A stretch of DNA of 64,000 nt from Paraspadella gotoi. Its lineage: Eukaryota; Animalia; Chaetognatha. Shown piece by piece: positions 1 to 64,000 of this stretch. The position numbers and the translations under genes were made by a program. Each line of letters opens with the position of its first letter. Positions within the stretch are counted from its first letter, which is position 1. The notes beneath the pieces are model-generated. The model saw only the letters and a list, made by a program, of their open reading frames with translations, made no database searches and was not told the DNA's origin. The stretch lies in contig CM119263.1 of assembly GCA_051294375.1 (NCBI GenBank), positions 2,005,060-2,069,059 of the forward strand, written 5' to 3'.

Positions 1-1254
1 AGGCCCAGAGAGAGAGAGAGAGATAGATATGAAAAAAAAATTCACAGTTTTAAAGAAAAAATCATTGCTTTGAACTACTTCAAACCTTTCTAATTCAAAA
101 AACGCGACAAAAGATAGGATTTTCACATAATGGTATAAATAATAATTTTTTTATTGCTGGATTAAAGGTTTTTTTAAGGAAAGAAAGAAAATTATAAATC
201 TGATTAACATTTGATGCATGGATATTGTTTCTCTTCTCCTTCACCCTTGGAAAACTTAAAAATAGGGTATTCCCTCTAAAGATTTCATAAAAACTTTATG
301 AAAAAAGGGTCTAACTTCCGGCTATAGTTTTTGAGCAAAAAAAAAATGGTTAATGCCAGTAAAAAATTAACTGATGAAAAAAATTAAATTAGTAATAGGT
401 ATTTAAAAATTAAAACCAGGAATTGTGTTAAATTAGAAAAGTCTCATTAATGAATGAAATTGAAATGAAATTTTGGAATATTAAGTTAAAGTTTAAAGTC
501 CTTTGGCTATTAAAAACGAATCTTTTAAGATGTAATAATTGATAAATATGATGTGGATTTTTTTATGATTATGGATGATAATTCTTTTGTGATAAAGCTG
601 TAAAAACAGAAAAAACCTTAGCAGTCAGAACAGATCAAAAACATTTATAATACATATTAATTGATTATCGAGCACTATTTCCGGTTTGGGACCACGCCCA
701 CTATTGATGAAAAGCCTTTATTGAACATTTTGTCTAAGTACTACTTATTAATAATAATACTAATTGCAGGATAAGTTAATAACAACTACCTAACTTTTCA
801 TTTGTAGTAAAAAAGAAAAATTCCATTAATTTAGTCCACGCCAACTTCCGGTAAATTGTGCGCAGAGTCAAATGCAAAATCTGATTGACGACACCTTGTT
901 AATCGTTTTTAAGCACTTAAAATTATACTAGAAACTGTACAGGATTGTTGAAATTTTCGACTGCATGGTTAAAAAAAAACAGTTGTTAGTGATTAGGCAT
1001 CAGATTAACTTTCTATTTTTTTTCAATTGAAATAGACTGAAGTCTTTTGTTCATCTAGTTCAAAATGAGTGAAAACCTTATTTTTGCATATTATTGAAAA
1101 TTAATTGAGATTGATATTGATTTGTATGAAATGTAAATCGTTGCTATAAGGCTAAACTATTTTCAATTAATAATGTCAAAAAATTATAATCTCTATTAAC
1201 AAAATATATAGTTGAAAATACTCAGTTAACGACTATTGATATTTTTGACTTCCA

Positions 1255-1690
1255 AATATTTTTTTACTACTTATCAAAAAAAATTTATATTTCCTCATTT
1301 TAAAAAAATTTAATCTTGAATGAAATTTTAGATAGTTCTTTATTTAAGAAGGCATCAATTGCCTACCTCTCACATAGCAGAACTCATGTGACATTGCATG
1401 GCATTATAAGTTATTATTCACTTTTTTTTTAAAATCTCGGATTGTAAATTTGGGATTTTGTATCGAGAAAATGGCGTAATAAAATTTTTAGAAGTAAATA
1501 AATAATTAATTTTTCCAAAAAGAACGATCACGCAAAGAGAGAAAGAGACAGAAAGAGAGATGAGAGAGAGAGAGAAAGAGCTGAACAGACGCTGCAGAGG
1601 CGGACTCGTTTTACTCGTTTACTCGTCGCCAAGTGACGGTGGTGAAAAAAAAGTGAACTAAAAAAAAAATTAGGAGAGAGAGAGAGAGAT
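1255..1690 (+). repeat. Dispersed modular repeat (AAATCTCGGATGTAAATTTGGGATTTTGTATTGAGAAAA...(GA)n...GAACTCGTTTT); further copies at about 43380-43740, 44810-45250, 45570-45990 and in the duplicate block
   Basis: The same motifs recur 42 kb apart and three times within the collagen B-C intron. Confidence 0.75.
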
Positions 1691-1794
1691 CTACNNNNNN
1701 NNNNNNNNNNNNNNNNNNNNNNNNNNNNNNNNNNNNNNNNNNNNNNNNNNNNNNNNNNNNNNNNNNNNNNNNNNNNNNNNNNNNNNNNNNNNNN

Positions 1795-2900
1795 TCCGTT
1801 GATCATCTTTAGTGATTCTATAGACTCAGCTTGTTACAGCCCTCACCCTTCCCTTGAGATATCTTCTTCTTGTTCCAGTTTTCCTCGTCTTTTAACAGCT
1901 CCCATTCCACTATCTCCAGGGTACTCTTACGCACGTGCAACGAATTCTTCCGTGCCCCACTTCTTGTTCTTATGAACAACTGTGAGGATTCGACCTAACA
2001 TTTCTGTAAATGGCTTGTGGGGTCGGATAGAAACAGATCCGCGGACTGACCGAATACTTTTAACTTTTTTTTCACTCAAGACAACAAAGATAGATGATAT
2101 CGTCTGGGTTCATCCTCTAGAAATTTGAAGTCCCGTCGCATGCACCATCTTCGCACATTTTCCCACTATTTGACCTAGTTTCGAAGAACTTGATCTGCCT
2201 ACTAACGTTCTCTCTCCCGTTCTTCCTTTTATATCTGCTTGAGTAACAGAGCAGCTATTTAGCGAAATTGACGCAGCATGTACGCCCATTTTCTCATTGA
2301 TACACACCAGTTCATCAATTGCTCTAGCTCCATAGCTCATTTGAATCTACCACCAGATCCAAAACACTCCTGTTGTCCGGCGTTCTCCCTTCAATCATCT
2401 TTCCAGACTGTGTGCCACTTGAAAATCGGCCCCCTATTTACCGCAAGCAGTGTGCTCACATCCTTTGGGCCCCACCTCATGTGTCTGTTCGAGCGATTCT
2501 CAAGTTTCGTTTCCTCTATTTTCTATTAAACACGTTTCCCCCTTCTTCTCCACTGGCGATATGTATACAGATCGCACTGAGCGGTTATCTGACTCTAGGC
2601 TTGATTTTTGCACAGACGCCGTCATGCTTCTTTGGTCCTCGCGAAAAACGCCCTTTCTTTTTGGCCTCTCTCTCTCGCTCCTCCATTTCTCAGTTGCTCA
2701 TCGGTTCTCTTCAACAGATCCCTGCCTTGTTTGAGGCTGTTATTACAACAGCTGGTCTCAATCCCTGTCCCAATCCATAGTACGTTCTCCACGTGCGTAC
2801 GTGCGTCTTCTCTGCACCATTCATATCTCTCTGCTTTATAAAGTATGCTCACAAAATACCCATCTCTCTCTATTCCACTGAGAGTACGCTGGCGTAAGAG
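1795..2900 (-). mobile_element. Decayed non-LTR retrotransposon (LINE) ORF2 fragment, APE endonuclease region
   Basis: On the - strand, in the expected order across frameshifts: RTDEQLRNGGA, VRSVYISP (about 2551-2579), GADF-then-WHTVW (about 2400-2437) and RSVLDLVV (about 2347-2372). Many stops; abuts an N-gap. Confidence 0.45.
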
Positions 2901-3507
2901 GAAGTTTGCTATTTGGAGTCAAACTGTTTGGAGTGTCATTAAAAGCCGCGGAAAGATGGCAGACGGAGACGTGATATTCGTCGTTGTCGTCGTCGTCGTT
3001 GTTGTCGTCGTTGTTGTCGTCCTCGTCTTTTTTAAAGTTGTTCGGATTTATTACCAAATTTAACACAAGAATGCGAGAACAAATGTTTTACTTCGAGTTT
3101 CCCGTAAAATACATTATTATTATGTTGTACTTGTCTGTCTGTCTGTCTGTCTGTCCAACAAAGAAAACGTCCCAGCTAAACATTTCACTTTTAAACGAAA
3201 AGAAAGCATCAAGTTTAATACTTTTCATTTAAAAAGTATAAAATAATTTAGTTTATTTTCAACTTGTCGTCGTCGTCGTCATTTTTTTCATGACTGCAAA
3301 TGATTTTTATAGCTTTTATCGCCAGCGTCTCTTTTCACCTCTTGCTTTATTGCTCTTTTACTTTGCTTCTCTTTTCCCCTTTTGCTTTATAGCTTTTTTA
3401 TCTCTGCTAGTCTTTCTCTGCTTCTCTATTCACATTTTGCTTTATTGCTTTTTTATCCCTGCCTCTCATTCCATGCATCCCTTTCCACTTCTTTTCCTAT
3501 TCGTATA

Positions 3508-4486
3508 CCATGATGGAAAAAAAAGTGTCGCGGTTACTTTCCAGTTAATTTTCAGCATTTTAATATAAGAATCGAAAAATAAAATTTAAATATCAAGAAA
3601 CTTTGGCCTTTTGTGATTTATATAAGCTGTGTCTCATTTATGTATGACAAAAAATACAGGAATTAAAAGAAATAAAAAAAAATGCGTTAAAAGAAATAAA
3701 AGAAAATGCGTTGTCCAAAAAAATTTTTCCTTCATTTTTATCTTTTTTATATCTATACTTTTTATTTATACTTATTTCTGGTTCTTTTTTATTATTTTTT
3801 GAGTTTAACCAATACTATTAAAAATCCCTGACTTTTCTCTGTCTCATGTCAAATGGTTATTGCATTATCTCCATTAAGATAGATTCAGGGATGAATCTTA
3901 ATTCATATGTCAAAAAAAGAGCAATATTAAAAATACATTGATGCTGTAAATATTACAGAATATTATTTTTAAATTGTAAAGTATCAATAAAAGTTAAAAG
4001 GTTCCGGGTAACCTTTATATAAGCAAAATTATCATTTTTATTTACCTTTGGATGTATTATCAGAATCAAGTATCAAACAAGTCCAAAAATAAAAAAATAA
4101 AAATTTTGTTGAAGTGAAAGACAATGAATTATCACATTATGCAGCAACAACTCAAGCCTGGTTTACTTTATAGCGGATCAATCTTTTTCACTGCTTGCTA
4201 AGGACCATTTTTGCCCCAAATCTGATACAAAAATATCATGTCAGAGATATAATTTTAACAATAATTTGAGTAGTTCTCTCAATCAAAAAGAAGTGAAAAC
4301 AGAGACAACCTCTTTTGGAAGAATTTGAATGTATTGATTAATTTAATGCTGTTGAAAAATAATCATTTTATTCAGTCTTAGGGAGGTTATATTACCTATT
4401 AAAACTTATTTATTAGCCAAAAAATATATTTGACAATAAAATTAACTGGCTTTTCCAAACCGCGACACTTTTTTTTTCCATCATGG
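3508..4486. mobile_element. Non-autonomous Tc1/mariner-type TIR element (MITE), 979 bp
   Basis: Left end CCATGATGGAAAAAAAAGTGTCGCGGTT...CCAGTTAATTTT is the reverse complement of the right end AAAATTAACTGG...AACCGCGACACTTTTTTTTTCCATCATGG; TA on both sides (3506-3507, 4487-4488); AT-rich interior with no ORF. Confidence 0.85.
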
Positions 4487-5074
4487 TAGAATAACATTTA
4501 TTTTTTCCCTTTAAAAATCGATAATCACTAAAATTTAGATTCTTATCTTTATTTTTTAAAATTATACAACTTTCTGTGGTGGCACGTTATTAGAGAAATA
4601 ATATTTCCTTTCAAATTCTTATTTCCCAATTTTTTCTCTCGAGTTTCAAATTACCACGATTTTCTGCTCCAAAACAAACATTGCGGCGGCAGCGGCAGGG
4701 GCGGCGGCGGCAGGGGCGGCGGCGATGGCGGCGGCGGCGTTAGAAAGCGAACGTTGACCCCGGGATTTCTTCTCGTCACCAAACACTTTTTATTTGCACT
4801 CATTTTCTCTGAGTTGAGTCGGTAGGCGAAAGAGGGAGAAGCATTTCTCAGTGAACCCTACTTTTTCTCAAATTCACAGCTCAAAGGTTTTTACAAACTC
4901 ATCCAACATATCGGAGATCCTACTTTATTAACTTACCATCAGCAAAGTCCTGTTTTCTCTTACCTACTTTTTCTCTATCCTATTCCTCACCTTTTACTCG
5001 CCCCACCTCCGCCATCCCCATTTCACGCCCTGAGACAAAGCCGCGTCCCAAAACCCATTTTCTCTTACCTCACA

Positions 5075-5107
<33 letters not shown>

Positions 5108-6889
5108 TCTCTTCCTTTTCCTCCTCTCTTTCAATCAAATGCGCTCGGTTAAGATATTTTCTTGTCAACAAAAACCATCAGAAACTCAATTACATCCTCA
5201 TCGCAGAATCGAAAGCGGTATGGCGCTTATGGTGGTTATGGGCAGAGGCGCGTAGAAGGTAACTTGACAATCTCCACCAAGCTTAAGAGACCGGATTTTA
5301 TTGGCTAAAGAATTTAATGTTTCTTGTGAGAAAAGTCAACTAACTCACTCAATGAGACATCTATTTCCTGCAAAAGGCAGAAAAGTACTCAAAATCAAAT
5401 TAATTTTACATTAAGCCTAATTATAATGAGTTAATCTATTTAGTCCATGTACTATGATAATTGAGAAGTTATTTTGGATTTGAAGAGGGGCCCCTCGATT
5501 TCTCCACACGCCCCTGGTTTCGAATTTTGTTTTATGGTGGTCGGGTCCGTTAAGGAGTTCACGATGGTTCAAATCGTTCATGACGCTTATTTTATGGTGG
5601 ACAGAATGATATATATACAAACGGTGATTAAATTGTTAATGTTTAATGTTTATGTCGCTATCGATTTTGGAGACAGATAACGACGCCCGGGATGTGGTTA
5701 GCGATTCTTCGGTTATTTGAAAAACGTTTTCGTTGATGGCAACGAAAATAATATTTATTAAGCGTCTCTCTCTCGCGGCGGAGGAGATATTCAGGTCACG
5801 AAGCCGAAGCTTAAGCCAACGCCTCAGCCCGACAGACCGACGGACCGACAGCCCTAAGCCGACGTCTCAGCCTAATCCCTTCGTTATCAAATTTTGTCTT
5901 CGCGTCTCCTTTAAGAGACTTTCTCTTCTCTGCCAAAATACGATCCGCCATCTGGTGAGAAGTTTCATTTTATGGCCCCATCTGCTGAGGAGGTTTAAAA
6001 CGTTGCCAATTTACTGAGGCGTTTCATATCATTATTCATCTGATGAAGAGTTGGAATTCTCTCCTATCCCATATGCTGACGATTGGAAAATTGTTACCAT
6101 CCGCTGAGGAGTTTTTATTTGTTTGCCCATCTGCCAAGGTGGCGTTTCTGCCATCTCTGAATCCACTCGGAGTCGTTCTCTCATTTCGCAATCAATTTTG
6201 TCGACGGGTCACGTGACTCAGGATGATTTGATCGATCGGGTGAATCGATCGAATCTCACAAAAATTATTCTCAAAACGTGATAAGAATTTCCTTTTTTTT
6301 TTCTTTTACTAAACTCATTAAATTTTCTTTAACAAAGTCAAAGATTAAATATTCTCGTTAAAATCTCTTTTGAATTTTTCTTCGCGTTGGCTTTTGTTTC
6401 TAAAAAAAAAAATATTATCTTTCCCTTTTGTTATTTTCTCTTTTACATCACGCGCCCTTTTATCTCTCCAGTCTCCACGAGCGCCATCTTTTCGATTCAC
6501 CGCCTCCGCGAGATCTTGAGTTACGATCGACGACAGATGATGAGTTGTATTTCATTCTGGACGAACGCAATTCGCGAGCGAGAGGAAAAGAGGAGAGTGA
6601 AAAGTGAGTTTTAAGGGGAGACCGACGAACGACGAACGGCGATCAACAACTGGCTACCGACGACGAAGAAATAAATGATGTCGACTCTAGCAACTGAGAA
6701 AACAAAAAAAGAGAAGCAATCATAGAAACAAACAAAGAAAAAAAAACAATTAATCAATCAATCAGTCCGAAGAACCATTTCACAAAACAAGTAAATGAAA
6801 TAAGACAAAAAAATAAATAAAACAAAAAGAGAAAAAAAAAATCAATAAACGTGTAGAAAACAAAAATAACGGAAAAATAAAGATTTAAA

Positions 6890-7037
6890 TAATTAAATAA
6901 CTTACTAAATAATTGAATAAATAAGTAACTTACTAAATAAATAAATAAATAACTTACTAAATAAATAAATAAATAAATAAATAACTTACTAAATAAATAA
7001 ACTAATAAATAAATAAATAAATAAATAAATAAATACA

Positions 7038-7136
<99 letters not shown>

Positions 7137-7150
7137 ATTAATTAATTAAT
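6890..7150. repeat. (AAAT)n microsatellite
   Basis: Direct; similar tracts at about 40915-41035 and 54980-55115. Confidence 0.95.
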
Positions 7151-7207
7151 TAATATAAAAATAATTAATTAATTCCGCTAACCTCCCCTTAAAAACTCCC
7201 CACTCAC

Positions 7208-61665
<54,458 letters not shown>

Positions 61666-61936
61666 CTGAAAAATAAACAAGGTGGATTACACATGAGTGG
61701 AGCAGGCGAGAGATGGCGAGAGATGGCGAGAGATGGGAATAAATGGTAAGAGATGGAAAGACAAGGCGGGTGACAGGAAAAGCCCGGGAAAGATGCGAAG
61801 AGCGGGCGAGAGATGGTGATGGTGATGTTGTGAGGATTGGCCAAAAATATGATGATCCAACGATCTCAATAGATTTTAGAATTTGATGTTGTGTGTTGTG
61901 TGACAACCCGCCTATAAGCATGACACCTTCAGTCGT

Positions 61937-62133
61937 GATCCGGTGGCCCATTGAGTAAAGCCTTCAGCTCACCATCTGCGGGAAGCGTGAGGACGGCCGT
62001 AAGCCGCCTTGGGGGCGTGGAAAACCCTCAAACCTGGTTCCAAGCCCAGGACCCGTTCAATGGCTGCGAGAGTGGTTAAAGAAGTTGCGGATAGTCATCT
62101 TCAGCCCACTTAGCGCCTTATCCACACTGGGTT
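61937..62133 (+). mobile_element. Structured tRNA-like (probable SINE) element; duplicate at 47907-48106; diverged relative at 63251-63396 (duplicate 49217-49370)
   Basis: D-arm-like GGTGGCCCATTGAGTAAAGC / GGTGACTTATTAGGTAAAGC and T-arm-like CCTGGTTC(C/A)AAGCC, separated by an enlarged interior with the shared block CTGCGGGAAGCGTGAG. Confidence 0.5.
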
Positions 62134-62356
62134 TAAGATTTGATATTGTGAGCCAAATAAAAATCAGCCAAACATGGGATTCAGTCTCCTCATTCGATTA
62201 CGGATTGAAATAGCGTCGGCCTAGAAAAAGTGATGGGTCGTTGTGAGGCGATGATGGCGTGAAAGCCACTCAACAGCGCGACGAAGCGAAACCGAAAAAA
62301 AGTGACATCAGCGAAACAGAGAAACTGAATATTACGTCTGGATGGAGGAAGGTTTT

Positions 62357-62637
62357 ATGCCGGATTCGTTGCCAGGATTGATGCCGGATTAAAAGTGGAT
62401 TTGATGCCAGATTTTTTGCCAGGATTGATGCCGAATTTAAAGCGGATTTGATGCCAGATTTTTTGCCAGGATTGATGCGGTATTTAAAGCGGATTTGATG
62501 CCAGATTTTTTTCCAGGATTGTTGCCGGATTAAAAGTGGATTTGATGCCAGATTTTTTGCCAGGATTGATGCCGAATTTAAAGCGGATTTGATGCCAGAT
62601 TTTTTGCCAGGATTGATGCCGGATTAAAAGTGGATTC
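62357..62637. repeat. About 47-bp minisatellite GATTGATGCCGGATTAAAAGTGGATTTGATGCCAGATTTTTTGCCAG, about 6 copies; duplicate at 48340-48627
   Basis: Direct. Confidence 0.9.
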
Positions 62638-63059
62638 GTTGGTACATATTACATTAGATGTTCATTTTGTCTTAAGATTTTTCTACTTTATTGATTGATT
62701 ATTGATTATCGATTATCGATTATTGATTATTGATTATTATTATTGATAATTTGTTAGTTTTTATTTAGGATTTGATTTTGAATTTAATGTTAAATTTTTA
62801 GGCAATATTTTAGAGCGTATTTAATTATGAAACCGAGGCCGACTTTGCGGCCGGATTTTAAGCCTGATTTATGACAGATTTGACATAGAATTTGATGGTG
62901 GATAAAAACCAAAAATGTCGTCGTCGTCATTTGGTTATAAGACGAATTAAGGTATAAGACCGATGGCGTCAAAAAGGATTTGACATATCTGACGATTGGA
63001 TAGGTAGGAAAAAAAAATCATTTTTTATTAAAAATTGGGCCGCGCAATCTCGAAGGTTG

Positions 63060-63225
63060 CAACTGTCGATAGAAAAACTGTAGTCGGGNNNNNNNNNNCA
63101 TTACGCCACTTTCACTCGGCCAAACTGTCGATGAAAAAACTGTAGTCGGGCATTACGCCAATTTCACTCCGCCAAACTGTCGATGAAAAAACTGTAGTCG
63201 GGCATTACGCCAATTTCACTCCGCC
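63060..63225. repeat. About 52-bp tandem repeat AACTGTCGATGAAAAAACTGTAGTCGGGCATTACGCCAATTTCACTCCGCCA x3
   Basis: Direct; contains a 10-N gap; two copies at 49070-49190. Confidence 0.85.
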
Positions 63226-64000
63226 GAAAACGAATGACTCTTAAGGTTGTTACTCGGTGACTTATTAGGTAAAGCTCATGACCATTAGGTACCGGGTGGG
63301 TATCTATCCAAAATGAGGCCCACCCTGCGGGAAGCGTGAGTCCGGACAAGTCAAACCCTGGAACCTGGTTCAAAGCCAACGACTCCTTCATTGCTGCCTA
63401 TAATTAGAATAACATTGTTATATTGAAATAACAAGAAAGTTATTTACGACGCTGAACAGGAGAGGCTGGTGAAACTTTCCGACGGTTTCCGACGGATATC
63501 AAATCGGGTTGTCGGGGAATTGGCGGTCCTGAGTGTCGGGCAAATTAGCGGTATGTTGCAGGACGAAAGATTTTGGTCGCTTTTTGGGGCAAAAATTGCG
63601 GTTTGAGTGTCCGGCAAATTAATGGTATGCTTGCCAGGACGTAAAATTTGGTCCGCTTTTTGGGCAAATTGCGTTGAGTGTCCGGCAAATTAATGGTATG
63701 CTTGCCAGTGCGAATTGCGGTCCGCTTGTCCGGCAAAATGGCGGTTTGCTCGTCGGGCGAAAATTGTCGGTTATTCTGAGCGTCAAAAACTAACGGAAAT
63801 TTACGAGAAGAGAAAAAAGGCAGGAAATACGATTGAGATGATTGGATACAGGGGATGAATTGGGTAGTGGAGGAGAAAATAGGATAGAAGAGGTTAGGAA
63901 AAAGGAGGAATAGGAAAAGAATGGAAGAGAATTGAAAATATTTTAAAAAATTAACAATGTTCTCATAAAACAAATTAGTAGAAGTAGTTGTTACATCGTA

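Noticed and set aside
4938-4950. 13-nt micro-exon (cag|GACTTTGCTGATG|gtaagt) as the next olfactomedin exon
   Set aside because: It does not encode the expected Y-x-LP...GTGHVVY continuation; no further olfactomedin exon was found in 1-7200.

Overview
Eukaryotic (invertebrate animal-like) draft-assembly DNA: AT-rich, saturated with microsatellites, with ten N-gaps and several indel-ridden tandem duplications that look like long-read gap-filling artefacts. Nearly all ORFs in the supplied track are microsatellite translations. Two real spliced genes can be read by hand. (1) A complete 3-exon TMEM145 (GPR180/TMEM145 family, 669 aa) on the + strand at 15293-18288, with an unusually long Pro/Gly-rich C-terminal tail. 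(2) A partial gliomedin/colmedin-like collagen-olfactomedin gene on the - strand. It has six small collagen/linker exons (55791-61665, with an error-ridden duplicate at 41743-47625) and an olfactomedin-domain exon at 7208-7400 that the ORF track misses. Splice phases join the linker exon directly to the olfactomedin exon, so TMEM145 appears to be nested antisense inside a roughly 30-kb intron of that gene. The rest is a TA-flanked TIR element, a decayed LINE endonuclease, tRNA-derived SINE-like elements (one richly structured), Helentron/HINE-like pieces, telomere-like modules, a 34-bp satellite and several minisatellites.
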